From NCBI GenBank assembly GCA_963664115.2, contig CAXWPJ010000012.1, positions 256,001 to 320,000 of the forward strand: a stretch of DNA of 64,000 nucleotides, read 5' to 3'. This stretch comes from Terriglobia bacterium (GTDB lineage Bacteria; Acidobacteriota; Terriglobia; 20CM-2-55-15). A program made the position numbers and the translations under genes. Numbering within the stretch: position 1 is the first letter of the stretch; each line of letters starts with the position of its first letter. The notes below the pieces were generated by a model. It ran no database searches, was not told the origin of the DNA, and worked only from the letters and a program-made list of their open reading frames with translations. Below are positions 28,596-38,292 of this stretch, piece by piece.

Positions 28596-29867
28596 ATGTA
28601 CGTGCTGTACACGTCCGTTCTGGGTCTGGGTCTGGTTCTGACCCTTCCCTACTACCTGCTTCGCTTTCGAAAATACCTGCCGTCCATCAGAGAAAGACTC
28701 GGCTTTGTCGACTCTGAAAAAGACGGTCCAACGGTCTGGGTCCACGCGGTATCGGTGGGCGAAGTGAAAGCCGTGGACTCCCTCCTCGACGGACTTCGCA
28801 GACAGTTCCCCAGGAAACGGATCGTCATTTCCACCACGACTGCAACGGGCCGCGCTCTAGCTCTGAAACGTTCGGACCTCGATCGTGTGATCTACTTCCC
28901 CCTGGATTTTCCCGGTGTCGTCCGGCGGTGTCTGGATCGGATAAGGCCCGACTTGATCGTCGTTGCGGAAACCGAGATATGGCCCAACTTCATGCGGGAG
29001 TGCGACCGCCGGAAGATTCCTGTGTTCATGGTCAACGGACGCATTTCGGATCGGTCGTATAAACAGTACCGCCTCACACGGCGATGGCTGGGGAGGATAC
29101 TTGAGAAATACCACATCCTGGGAATGCAGTCGGACATGGACGCGGATAGAATCCGCTCGATCGGAGCGCCCCGGGACAAAGTCGTCGTATTTGGAAATCT
29201 AAAGTACGACCAGAGGGCTTCAGCACGTGAACTGGACTCTGTGTTCGAGACCACACTCAATCGGTCACAGCCTCTGATCGTGGCCGCCAGTACGGCAGCC
29301 GAAGAAGAACCCCTGGTGCTCGAAGCCTACCGTCAATTGCGGGAGACACGAGCCGGACTGAAGTTACTGATCGCACCCAGGCTTCCAGAACGGTTCGCTG
29401 AAGTTGAACGGATGCTGCAGTCAAGCGGGTTGAGCTACGTCCGACGATCCGCGCTCACCCCGGAGACAGAGCCGCCGGACATCCTTTTGCTCGACACAAT
29501 CGGTGAACTGACTGCGGTGTTCGAATATGCCACGCTGGTTTTCATGGGAGGCACTCTGGTACCGCGCGGGGGTCACAACGTACTGGAGCCGGCTCTATTT
29601 TCGAAACCCGTAATCTTTGGACCGCACATGGAAAACTTCCGGGACATGGCCCGTACTTTTCTCGACCGACGCGCAGCAATACAAGTTGCAGATGTTGACG
29701 CGCTGGTACGCCACATCCGCACGCTGCTGGACTCACCGGCGGCGGCAGCCGAGATGGGTCGAAACGCCCACCAACTGGTGGAGAAGAACAGAGGCGCCAC
29801 GGCGCGATTTCTGGAGACCGTTCGTCTGTCTCTCGAATCCGGTGGCCAGAGGGAGATCGGCCGATGA
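28596..29867 (+). CDS. waaA: Kdo transferase
   Basis: WVHAVSVGE, ETEIWPN, NGRIS, GNLKYD and GGHNVLEP motifs. Confidence 0.95.
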   Translation: MYVLYTSVLGLGLVLTLPYYLLRFRKYLPSIRERLGFVDSEKDGPTVWVHAVSVGEVKAVDSLLDGLRRQFPRKRIVISTTTATGRALALKRSDLDRVIYFPLDFPGVVRRCLDRIRPDLIVVAETEIWPNFMRECDRRKIPVFMVNGRISDRSYKQYRLTRRWLGRILEKYHILGMQSDMDADRIRSIGAPRDKVVVFGNLKYDQRASARELDSVFETTLNRSQPLIVAASTAAEEEPLVLEAYRQLRETRAGLKLLIAPRLPERFAEVERMLQSSGLSYVRRSALTPETEPPDILLLDTIGELTAVFEYATLVFMGGTLVPRGGHNVLEPALFSKPVIFGPHMENFRDMARTFLDRRAAIQVADVDALVRHIRTLLDSPAAAAEMGRNAHQLVEKNRGATARFLETVRLSLESGGQREIGR

Positions 29868-30805
29868 GCCGCGTATTCGGAACTTTTGTGAAGACGCGGG
29901 CCCGTCTCTACGACACCGGATGGCTCCCCACCCGGCGGCTCAATCATCCCGTCATCAGCGTCGGCAACCTCACACTCGGGGGAACCGGGAAAACCCCGCT
30001 CGTGATCGAATTGGCAACTCAATTCCGGAACCTCGGTTATCGACCTGTGGTGCTGTCGCGCGGCTATCGACGGCGCAGCCGTGGCATCGTTGTCGTCAGC
30101 CGGGGTGAGGGACCGGAAGTGGACTGGCCCGAAGCCGGGGACGAACCATCCCTCATGGCGATCCGGCTTCCGGGGGTTGCGGTTGTCGTCGGTGCAGACC
30201 GCTACCGGGCGGGTCTCTTTGCTGAATCAGCCAGGCTGGGTGATCTGTTTATACTCGACGACGGTTTTCAACATCGACGTCTGCATCGCGATGTGGATCT
30301 CGTGACGATCGACCCTGTCGACTGGGCGGAGGAAGACCGTCTGCTCCCACAAGGGCGCTGGCGTGAACCCCGAACCGCACTTAAAAGAGCACATGCCGCC
30401 CTGGTTCACGAGTCAGATTCCGCTCCCGTTCCACATCTTTCTGTTCCGCGATTCGGAGTCGAAACACTCGTGGACGGTATCGTAAAAGATGGGAGCCTCA
30501 TCCCTTCCGACTCTCTCGCGGGGACACCTCTATCTGCCTTCGCCGGGATCGCTAAGCCGGAACGCTTCTTCCACACACTCGACGCTATGGGATTGCGGAC
30601 GCATCGAAAGAAAATATTTCCCGACCACCACAAGTACGGCCCCCGGGACCTCGTCGACCTTGGCCCGGGAGCTTGCATAACAACGGAAAAAGACGCCGTC
30701 CGACTGCCTGGGAACGATTTTTACTTCCTTCGCATTTCTGCTAAGATACGGCGCTTCGAAGCGCTTCGAGACCTCATTCTCGAACGGATCAATGGAACCC
30801 CGTAG
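29864..30805 (+). CDS. lpxK: Tetraacyldisaccharide 4'-kinase
   Basis: SVGNLTLGGTGKTP, SRGY, GDEP, DDGFQH and TTEKDAVR motifs. Confidence 0.95.
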   Translation: MSRVFGTFVKTRARLYDTGWLPTRRLNHPVISVGNLTLGGTGKTPLVIELATQFRNLGYRPVVLSRGYRRRSRGIVVVSRGEGPEVDWPEAGDEPSLMAIRLPGVAVVVGADRYRAGLFAESARLGDLFILDDGFQHRRLHRDVDLVTIDPVDWAEEDRLLPQGRWREPRTALKRAHAALVHESDSAPVPHLSVPRFGVETLVDGIVKDGSLIPSDSLAGTPLSAFAGIAKPERFFHTLDAMGLRTHRKKIFPDHHKYGPRDLVDLGPGACITTEKDAVRLPGNDFYFLRISAKIRRFEALRDLILERINGTP

Positions 30806-31826
30806 CATAGTGATTCGCGGACCCAACTGGGTCGGAGATGCCGTCTTGAGCGTGCCTGCGATCAAGGCCGTCCGCGCGCGGTTTCCCGATAGCAGTATCA
30901 CGCTCCTGGTCCGACCTTGGGTGGGGGGACTGTTCCGCTCTGCTCCATTCATCGATGAAGTCTGGACGCGACCGGGGACGGGGCTTCGCGGGTGGTATGG
31001 CACCACACGTGAAATCCGTCGCAGAGGATTTGACCTGGCTCTGCTGCTTCCGAACTCATTCGAATCCGCCCTCACGGTATTCGCGGCCGGGATTCCGGAA
31101 CGGGCCGGATACGCAACCGACGGCCGGGGCGTTCTGCTCACTCAGCGCGTCGCCCGCCCCATCGAGAAACGGCATCAGGTGGCTTACTACCTGGACCTGA
31201 TACGATCTGTATTTGGAGCTGTGGAGGAACCGACCACGGAGATCGTGGCCAGCGAGGAAGAACGGAGCGGGGCGCGGCGATTGCTCAAATCCGAAGGCCT
31301 GGATCCGCAGGGCGGCTTGCTCGTTCTGAATCCGGGAGCAGCCTTTGGTTCCGCCAAGCGCTGGCACGAGGACCGCTTTGCACGGGTGGCCGATCAGATT
31401 GTCGAAGAGTTCCAGCTTCAAACCGTGGTGGTGGGTTCGGCTGCAGAAACCCCTATCGCTGACCGTATTCGCACACGCATGCAACACCCGGCCGTGACGC
31501 TTACGGGTCGAACGGATCTGGAAACGCTCCTCGGAGTATTGTCGTTTGCATCGATGATGATCACGAACGATTCCGGGCCGATGCACATGGCGGCAGCACT
31601 GGGAATTCCCACAGTCGCGGTCTTTGGCCCTACAGACGCGGAAGTTACCCGGCCGGTTGGGCCATGGACTCGCGTCGTGCGGCACGAAGTTGCATGCAGC
31701 CCGTGCCTGCTCAGAGAATGTCCGATCGATCACCGATGCATGGAAGCCGTCACTGTGGACGATGTATTCGAAACCGCGAAAGCGATGCGCCGTCTCATGG
31801 ATTCTTCGGAGACTCTTCCGAACTGA
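30792..31826 (+). CDS. waaF: LPS heptosyltransferase II (GT9)
   Basis: PNWVGDAV, PNSFESAL, NPGAAFGSAKRW and NDSGPMH motifs. Confidence 0.9.
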   Translation: MEPRSIVIRGPNWVGDAVLSVPAIKAVRARFPDSSITLLVRPWVGGLFRSAPFIDEVWTRPGTGLRGWYGTTREIRRRGFDLALLLPNSFESALTVFAAGIPERAGYATDGRGVLLTQRVARPIEKRHQVAYYLDLIRSVFGAVEEPTTEIVASEEERSGARRLLKSEGLDPQGGLLVLNPGAAFGSAKRWHEDRFARVADQIVEEFQLQTVVVGSAAETPIADRIRTRMQHPAVTLTGRTDLETLLGVLSFASMMITNDSGPMHMAAALGIPTVAVFGPTDAEVTRPVGPWTRVVRHEVACSPCLLRECPIDHRCMEAVTVDDVFETAKAMRRLMDSSETLPN

Positions 31827-31830
31827 ACGC

Positions 31831-32394
31831 ATGAGTACACGGAACGGAAGTCAGAGGGCGGTTTTTCTGGACCGGGATGGAACGGTTTCCAAAGAGATCG
31901 GCTACATGTACGACGTTTCCCTCTATCAGGTCTTTCCGTGGACCGGCGCGGCCATACGCAAGATCAACGAAACCGGGATGCGTGTGATTCTGGCGACGAA
32001 TCAGTCCGGCGTCGCGCGGGGCTACTTCACAGAACGCATGGTGAATCGAGTCCATAGCCGTCTCCAGGATGAGATCGGGCGATACGGGGCCCGCCTGGAC
32101 GACGCCTATTTCTGCCCGCATCTACCGGACTCGGGCTGCCCGTGCCGGAAACCTCAACCTGGAATGCTCTACAAGGGCCATCAGGAATTAGGAATCGATC
32201 TCGAAAATTCGTACATGGTGGGGGATCGCTATCTCGACGTGCGAACGGGCAAGGCCGCGGGCACCCGAACGATACTCGTGATGAGCGGCGACGGCAGAAA
32301 GGAACGCGAGCTATATCAGGACGAAGAGATCCAGCCCGACCTGTTCGCCGAAGATCTCGCGGAAGCTGCAGAGCTGATACGGAAAGGAAGATGA
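31831..32394 (+). CDS. gmhB: D-glycero-D-manno-heptose 1,7-bisphosphate phosphatase
   Basis: FLDRDGT, TNQSG, CPH...CPCRKP and MVGDR motifs. Start moved to ATG 31831. Confidence 0.9.
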   Translation: MSTRNGSQRAVFLDRDGTVSKEIGYMYDVSLYQVFPWTGAAIRKINETGMRVILATNQSGVARGYFTERMVNRVHSRLQDEIGRYGARLDDAYFCPHLPDSGCPCRKPQPGMLYKGHQELGIDLENSYMVGDRYLDVRTGKAAGTRTILVMSGDGRKERELYQDEEIQPDLFAEDLAEAAELIRKGR

Positions 32395-33377
32395 CGCTCA
32401 AGTCCATCATTGATGCATTTCAGGGCCGGCCGGTGGTGGTGTATGGCGACCTGGTCGCAGATGTTTTTGTCTACGGAGATATCTCCCGTATATCGAGGGA
32501 AGCTCCGGTATTGATTCTGTCTCATCGGGAGACGCAAATAGTCCCTGGCGGTGCCGCCAACGCCGTGCACAATCTCTGGGCGCTGGGTGGGGAACCCCTA
32601 CCCGTCGGCATTGTCGGCGACGATCGGGAAGGAGAACTGCTTCTCGACTATTTTGCCGCACTCAAGGTCGACACGCGGGGCATAAAAAGGGTGAAATCCT
32701 ACCGGACGCCGACCAAGACACGGTTCCTGGCCGGGGCTGCCCACGCGTACCAGCAACAGGTCCTGCGACTGGATGTTGGAGCACCGGTCCAGGCTGATGT
32801 GGGACGGGGCGCCATCGGCCGCGCCCTTCGCACACGTCTCAGGAAAGCGGATGCCGCCCTGGTGTCCGACTACGGATACGGTTTGGTCCAACCCGAAATC
32901 AGCGCGGAGTTCAGAGGGACCGGTCTCCCCGCGATTGTCGACTCCCGGTACAACATCGGGGCGTACCCGGGCCTGACCGCGGCAACCCCAAACGAGTCTG
33001 AAGTCGAAGCGGCCCTCGGAATCAAAATCGGAAACGATCCGAACAAACTCGAGCTAGCCGGCCGGGCACTGTTGCGGCGACTCAAACACGAAGCCCTCCT
33101 CGTCACCCGTGGAAAGGACGGGATGGCGTTGTTCGAACGCGGGCGGAAGACGACGCATATACCCATCTACGGAACGGACGAGATCGCGGACGTGACCGGT
33201 GCGGGCGACACGGTTATTGCGGTGTTTACGCTGGCGTTATCCACCGGAGCTGGGTTTTCAGATGCTGCGCGGCTGGCCAACTACGCCGGGGGCATTGCCG
33301 TCATGAAGCATGGAACTCGAACCGTAACCCGAAAAGAACTCACGAAAGCCGTCACCTCCGATACTGGGCAAAAGTGA
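32391..33377 (+). CDS. rfaE1: Heptose 7-phosphate kinase (HldE/RfaE domain I)
   Basis: RISREAPV, PGGAAN, SDYGYG, TPN and DVTGAGDT motifs. Start moved to 32391 (ATGA overlap with gmhB). Confidence 0.9.
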   Translation: MTLKSIIDAFQGRPVVVYGDLVADVFVYGDISRISREAPVLILSHRETQIVPGGAANAVHNLWALGGEPLPVGIVGDDREGELLLDYFAALKVDTRGIKRVKSYRTPTKTRFLAGAAHAYQQQVLRLDVGAPVQADVGRGAIGRALRTRLRKADAALVSDYGYGLVQPEISAEFRGTGLPAIVDSRYNIGAYPGLTAATPNESEVEAALGIKIGNDPNKLELAGRALLRRLKHEALLVTRGKDGMALFERGRKTTHIPIYGTDEIADVTGAGDTVIAVFTLALSTGAGFSDAARLANYAGGIAVMKHGTRTVTRKELTKAVTSDTGQK

Positions 33378-33391
33378 CGGGCCGACATTAA

Positions 33392-33868
33392 ATGAAACTC
33401 CGCGAACTCGATGAACTACCCGCACTGATTTCAGGGCGGCGCGTGGTCCTTGCGAACGGATGCTTTGACATCCTCCACGTCGGACACGTCCGCTATCTGA
33501 CCGACGCCCGCAGCTACGGAGACCTGCTCGTAGTGGCCCTCAACGACGACGCTTCCGTCCGTCAACTGAAGGGGCCGGGGCGCCCGATCCTGACCCTGGA
33601 CGAACGGGTGGTGCTTGTATCCGCACTGGAGTGCGTCGATTACGTCGTGACGTTTGGAGAGCCGAATGTGTCAACAATAATTGCCGCCCTACAACCCGAC
33701 GTCCATGCCAAAGGGACCGACTACACCGAGGAAACCGTTCCCGAACGCGATCAAGTCGCCCGCCATGGAGGCGAAGTCCGTATCGCCGGTGATCCGAAGG
33801 ATCACTCTACGAAGGACATCTTGACGCGCATACTGGATCGGTATGGGGGAGAAGAAGTTAAGAGTTGA
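33392..33868 (+). CDS. rfaE2: Heptose 1-phosphate adenylyltransferase (HldE/RfaE domain II)
   Basis: [22 protein letters not shown] and KGTDY motifs. Confidence 0.9.
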   Translation: MKLRELDELPALISGRRVVLANGCFDILHVGHVRYLTDARSYGDLLVVALNDDASVRQLKGPGRPILTLDERVVLVSALECVDYVVTFGEPNVSTIIAALQPDVHAKGTDYTEETVPERDQVARHGGEVRIAGDPKDHSTKDILTRILDRYGGEEVKS

Positions 33869-33927
33869 TTGTTAAGAACCCGGAGAGAATCGCAGTTCAC
33901 AACTCTTAACTCATAACTTGCAACTTC
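33854..33927. repeat. Heptamer-periodic inverted repeat (AGTTAAG/AACTCTT family)
   Basis: Left arm AGTTAAGAGTTG; right arm AACTCTT-AACTCAT-AACTTGC-AACTTCT. Related copies at 40842-40917 and 46364-46384. Confidence 0.7.
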
Positions 33928-33964
33928 TTGTGGTAGTTTCTGAACTGTTTCAAAGGTCACAGCA

Positions 33965-35062
33965 ATGGACCATCAAAGCAAAATCGAAAAGACGGCGGCT
34001 GCGCCCAAACGCATTCTCGTCGTTAAGTTTGGATCCCTGGGTGACATCGTCCACTGCCTGCCATCGGTCAGCCAGCTCCTGCAACACTTTCCCGATGCGG
34101 AAATCGACTGGCTTATAGAACAAAAGAACAAGGTCGTCGTAGAAATGAGTGGTCTCGGCGTACGACTGGTGCCGATCGACACTTACCAGTGGCGATACAG
34201 TCCGGGCCTAGGCAGCGCCAAGGAAATCCTGGATTTCGTCTGGGCACTGCGGACCGACGGCTACGACTGCACGATCGATTTCCAGGGATTGCTGAAATCC
34301 GCTTTCGTCGGCTATCTCTCGGCAGCCCCCGTCCGGATCGGATGGGAGCGGGATTTTCTAAAGGAATCCGCCAGCCGTTTCTTCTATACCGAGGTTGTCA
34401 AGCCGCGCCGCGTCCACATCATTGACCAGCAGATGGAACTGCTCAAACCACTCGGTATTGCACCGGACTGGAATACGCCCGTGCCACTTGAGGCCTCCGC
34501 TTCAGCGCGGGACTCCATCGAACGGAAACTGGGTGACGCGAAAAATTTCGTCCTGATCAATCCGGGTGGAAACTGGGTCACGAAGCGCTGGGAACCTGAG
34601 CGTTTTGGAGCCTTGGCAAGAAAACTGATGGATGACGGCCTGCCGGTTGCAGTGACTTGGGGCCCGGGCGAGCGCGACATCGTCAGCCGGATCGAAGCAG
34701 TAGCGGGCAGGGACATCCTCAAGATCAGTTCTAACCTGCCCGAACTCGTTGCGTTGTGCGAACGTTCTCGTCTCTTCGTCGGGGGCGATACCGGACCCAT
34801 GCATTTTGCAGCCGCGGTTGGAGTCCCCGTCGTTGCGATCTTCGGTCCCACCAGCAGTGACCGCAACGGACCGTTCAAACGCGAGGATATCGTCGTCGAG
34901 CGCCGCTTGGATTGCCGGCCCTGCTACGAACGAGACGCCTGTCCGCTCGAACATCTCAACTGCCTCAAGGAAATCTCTGTTGATGTGGTCTATGAGGCCT
35001 GTAAGAAACGGCTGAGCTTCGAAGCACCCCGATTCCGAAATTCCCAGATCGCTCAAAGCTGA
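33965..35062 (+). CDS. GT9 heptosyltransferase, probably heptosyltransferase I (WaaC-like)
   Basis: GSLGDIVH, IDFQGLLKSA, KRW and GDTGPMH motifs. Confidence 0.85.
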   Translation: MDHQSKIEKTAAAPKRILVVKFGSLGDIVHCLPSVSQLLQHFPDAEIDWLIEQKNKVVVEMSGLGVRLVPIDTYQWRYSPGLGSAKEILDFVWALRTDGYDCTIDFQGLLKSAFVGYLSAAPVRIGWERDFLKESASRFFYTEVVKPRRVHIIDQQMELLKPLGIAPDWNTPVPLEASASARDSIERKLGDAKNFVLINPGGNWVTKRWEPERFGALARKLMDDGLPVAVTWGPGERDIVSRIEAVAGRDILKISSNLPELVALCERSRLFVGGDTGPMHFAAAVGVPVVAIFGPTSSDRNGPFKREDIVVERRLDCRPCYERDACPLEHLNCLKEISVDVVYEACKKRLSFEAPRFRNSQIAQS

Positions 35063-35592
35063 TGCTCAAGCGTCTCGCACGCGCACGCGTTCCGCTCGGA
35101 TTTGCCCTCGCAGCCGCCGTCCTATACCTGGCAAGGCCCTCCATGGGGACGCTGGCCATCGGGTTCCCCATTGCCCTTGCCGGCATCATCTTTCGAGGAG
35201 CCGCGGCGGGAGTCATCCGTAAGAATGCTGCCCTGGCGCAGCAGGGACCCTACCGGATGACGCGCAACCCTCTGTATTTCGGAAGCTTTCTGCTGGCGCT
35301 GGGCTTTGCAGTCATGAGCGGCAGCCTGGGGGCCGCATTGCTTCTCGTTGTCCCATCGGCACTGATCTATCCGGTCGTGATAAAGGGCGAAGAAGCTTAT
35401 TTGCGCGATTCCTTCCACTCGGAGTTCGACGCGTTCTGCCAGAGCGTCCCCTGCTTTCTGCCCCGTCGACTCAATCGGAAAGTCTTCGAGTCGTTTTCCC
35501 TGGATTGCTATCTCGCCAATCGCGAGTACAACGCCGCCATCGGCTTCGTCGCGACGATGGTCGTTCTGCTGACTAAGTACGTGCTGGGTTAA
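35062..35592 (+). CDS. ICMT/PEMT-family membrane methyltransferase
   Basis: GPYRMTRNPLYFG, EEAYL and VPCFLP motifs; TGATG coupling to the GT9 gene. Confidence 0.85.
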   Translation: MLKRLARARVPLGFALAAAVLYLARPSMGTLAIGFPIALAGIIFRGAAAGVIRKNAALAQQGPYRMTRNPLYFGSFLLALGFAVMSGSLGAALLLVVPSALIYPVVIKGEEAYLRDSFHSEFDAFCQSVPCFLPRRLNRKVFESFSLDCYLANREYNAAIGFVATMVVLLTKYVLG

Positions 35593-35603
35593 TCTCTTAT
35601 CGA

Positions 35604-35793
35604 TCGGAGCATTTTTATTACTCTGAACGCCTCGGCTTCCGCCTCGTTGTTCACCCGCAGCGAGGAACGCTGCGGGTCTTCTTGGGGACTGCTTCAACAT
35701 TCCGGCTATCCCGAATAACCCTCGCCATCAGGATGATGGCGAGGGTCGCCGGTCGTTCGGCCAGGATGGCCGTTTGAACGACCGAGCGAAATC
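35604..35793. repeat. About 190-bp structured dispersed repeat, copy 1
   Basis: Near-identical inverted copy at 60309-60498; internal hairpins CCGCAGCG/CGCTGCGG, ACCCTCGCCATCA/TGATGGCGAGGGT and GGTCGTTC/GAACGACC. Confidence 0.85.
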
Positions 35794-35954
35794 TTATTTC
35801 CGGTATTTCCAACCCCTGACGCTCTCACGCATTCTCACAATCCCAATTCCGTCATTCTTCCTCTTTTCGGTCCACATTCGGTCCTCACCGAGGGGTGCCT
35901 GCGACAGCCCGACTGATTCCACCTGATCGCAATCCGCACTGACCAATAAACCGG

Positions 35955-35983
35955 TTGATTTCAGTGACCTGCGAACCTATACT
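35955..35983 (+). promoter_or_regulatory. Sigma70-type promoter of the rimP-nusA-infB operon
   Basis: TTGATT-17 nt-TATACT. Confidence 0.65.
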
Positions 35984-35996
35984 TTTTCTGTAGACG

Positions 35997-36027
35997 AAAG
36001 TGGGCCGCTGAGCCCACTTTTTTGTTT
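35997..36027 (+). promoter_or_regulatory. rimP leader hairpin (terminator/attenuator-like)
   Basis: AAAGTGGGC-CGCTGA-GCCCACTTT followed by TTTGTTT, between the promoter and the rimP RBS. Confidence 0.7.
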
Positions 36028-36041
36028 GCAAGGGAGTTGAG

Positions 36042-36521
36042 CTGGATCAAATTCGTCAGCTTGTTAGTGAAATTGTTGTTGCCGAAGGATTTGAGCTGGT
36101 TGACCTTGAACTCAAGGGTTCAGGACGGGAGCGTGTCCTTCGAGTTTTCATCGACAATGAAGACGGAGTTTCGCACCGCGATTGCGCGTTGATCAGTGAG
36201 CAGGTTGGAACGGTTCTCGATGTCGAAGATTTAATACAATTTTCGTACACGCTGGAAGTTTCCTCACCGGGTCTGGATCGCAAACTGGTCAGCAGGAATG
36301 ACTTTGCGCGGTTCGAAGGGCATTTGGCAAAGATCCAGACTCAATCTCCGCTTCACAAGCAGATGGTTTTCAAGGGCCGCCTCCAGGGCCTCCAGGGAGA
36401 CAACGTTCAGCTGGAGCTGTCTAAGGGCGAGCTATTGGCAATACCCTTCGACCTGATTCGGGCTGCACGCTTGGAAGTAGACTGGGACTTGGAAATGATA
36501 CGCCGTCCAAGGAGTCGGTAA
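36042..36521 (+). CDS. rimP: Ribosome maturation factor RimP, apparent CTG start
   Basis: The frame is open from the TGA at 36009: (L)DQIRQLVSEIVVAEGFELVDLEL...LRVFID...DCALIS...YTLEVSSPGLDR. AGGGAG lies 5 nt before CTG 36042, and no in-frame ATG, GTG or TTG occurs before 36189. Confidence 0.9.
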   Translation: MDQIRQLVSEIVVAEGFELVDLELKGSGRERVLRVFIDNEDGVSHRDCALISEQVGTVLDVEDLIQFSYTLEVSSPGLDRKLVSRNDFARFEGHLAKIQTQSPLHKQMVFKGRLQGLQGDNVQLELSKGELLAIPFDLIRAARLEVDWDLEMIRRPRSR

Positions 36522-36523
36522 CG

Positions 36524-38116
36524 ATGTCTAATGTGTTGTTCCAGACGATCGACCAGATAAGCCGCGAAAAAGGGATCGACCCGCAAGTCGTCATCGATGC
36601 CATTGAAGATGCGATCGTGGTGGCCTCTCGGAAGTACTTCAAGACTGACGAAGAACTTCGATCCAGAATCAATCCGGAATCGGGCGAAATCGAAGTGTTC
36701 GGGGTTAAGAAGGTTGTCGAAACTGTCGAAGATGAAATACTCGAGATCTCCCTGGAAGAAGCTCAGTCACTCAGAGACGGTGTCCAGGTCGATGATGAAT
36801 TGGAATTTCAAAAACCGACCGAAGGACTGGGACGGATCGCGGCGCAGATGGCCAAGCAGGTCATTTTCCAAAAGGTTCGAGAAGCCGAAAGAGAAAGCGT
36901 CTACTCCGAATACCACGAACATGTGGGCGAAATCGTCAACTGCATCGTCAAGCGGTTTGAAAACGGCGACATCATCGTGGAATTGGGTAAGACCGAGGGC
37001 CGGCTTCCACGCAGGGAACAGTCTCGTCTGGAAAGCTTCACGGTCGGTGACCGCATGCGAGTCGTCATCATTCGGGTTGAAAAGACGACCCGCGGACCAC
37101 AGGTGATCGTGTCCCGAGCGGACTCTATTCTTGTTCAGAATTTGTTCCAGACCGAAGTACCGGAGATTTACGACGGTACCGTACTGATTCGAAGTATTGC
37201 GCGGGAGGCCGGCGAACGGACGAAAATTGCCGTCACCTCAAGGGAGCGGGACGTCGATCCTGTTGGCGCTTGCGTCGGCATGAAAGGGAGTCGAGTCCAA
37301 TCAATTATCCGTGAGCTGAGGGGTGAAAAGATCGACATCATCCAGTGGTCCGACGACCTCGAAACGTTCGCGACCAATGCAATCAGTCCTGCACAGGTCA
37401 GCCGTGTCTCGATCCTGGACACGTCGAATGTCGAACGAAGAGAAGGGGAGGAACCACCGCGGGTTTTGGACATCGTGGTCGAAGACAGCCAGCTTTCGCT
37501 GGCGATCGGTAAGAAGGGCCAGAACGTAAGACTGGCTTCAAAGCTCATAGGGTGGCGCATCGACATCAAGAGCGAAGCGGAAAAGCGCGCCGAAATCGAA
37601 GACCAGATCAATCGCATGCAGGCAGCAACACCGCTGGAATCCATTGAAGGTCTGACGCCGGGCATCATTAGTAAGCTGGCGGCGGCGGATATCACGACCG
37701 TCGAACAGCTGGCCGACCTGGCGCCGGAAGACCTGGAAGCTCTTCCTGGAATTGGCGGTAAAACGATCGACAAGATCCGCGACGAATTGTCCGAGTACTA
37801 TGCCGCAATGCCGACCTATGAAGACGACCTCGAGAGATCGACTCAGGAACGCATGTTTGGCAAATCCGACGACGAAGACGCCCCCGAACCGGAAAGCGCT
37901 GGGCCGGAGAGTGTTCCAGAAAACAGTCTTCCGGACAATGACGCAGCTACAAAACCTGAGACTTCCGATGAAGACACTCCTTCCCTCCAGGTTGACGCTG
38001 TAGTGGACGGCGGACATAGCGAGGTTGAAGAGGCAGTCGCAGATGAGGCCTCAGAGGTGGTGGCAGATGCCGCGGCTGATGCGGTCGCCAACACGGTTCC
38101 AGATGAGGCCGCATAA
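36524..38116 (+). CDS. nusA: Transcription termination factor NusA with acidic C-terminal extension
   Basis: GRIAAQMAKQVI, REAGERTKIAV, DPVGACVG and SLAIGKKGQNVRLA motifs. Confidence 0.97.
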   Translation: MSNVLFQTIDQISREKGIDPQVVIDAIEDAIVVASRKYFKTDEELRSRINPESGEIEVFGVKKVVETVEDEILEISLEEAQSLRDGVQVDDELEFQKPTEGLGRIAAQMAKQVIFQKVREAERESVYSEYHEHVGEIVNCIVKRFENGDIIVELGKTEGRLPRREQSRLESFTVGDRMRVVIIRVEKTTRGPQVIVSRADSILVQNLFQTEVPEIYDGTVLIRSIAREAGERTKIAVTSRERDVDPVGACVGMKGSRVQSIIRELRGEKIDIIQWSDDLETFATNAISPAQVSRVSILDTSNVERREGEEPPRVLDIVVEDSQLSLAIGKKGQNVRLASKLIGWRIDIKSEAEKRAEIEDQINRMQAATPLESIEGLTPGIISKLAAADITTVEQLADLAPEDLEALPGIGGKTIDKIRDELSEYYAAMPTYEDDLERSTQERMFGKSDDEDAPEPESAGPESVPENSLPDNDAATKPETSDEDTPSLQVDAVVDGGHSEVEEAVADEASEVVADAAADAVANTVPDEAA

Positions 38117-38292
38117 GTTACCGAGGACGCAGAAAGCGAATAAAGGGAACATGGGACGAACATTCAACGGCAAACGCCAGAGCGGTTTTCTCAGAGAAGA
38201 GGCACGCATCGAGGTGTGCATCCATCACTCCAATGGCCCACATGGTACTCTGTCCGTTTGGATCTCTGCCGCCGGGAGGTTAAGGCTACAGA

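Noticed and set aside
36189-36521. ORF-track start of rimP at 36189
   Set aside because: It truncates the conserved N-terminal domain, and the upstream frame is open and RimP-like.
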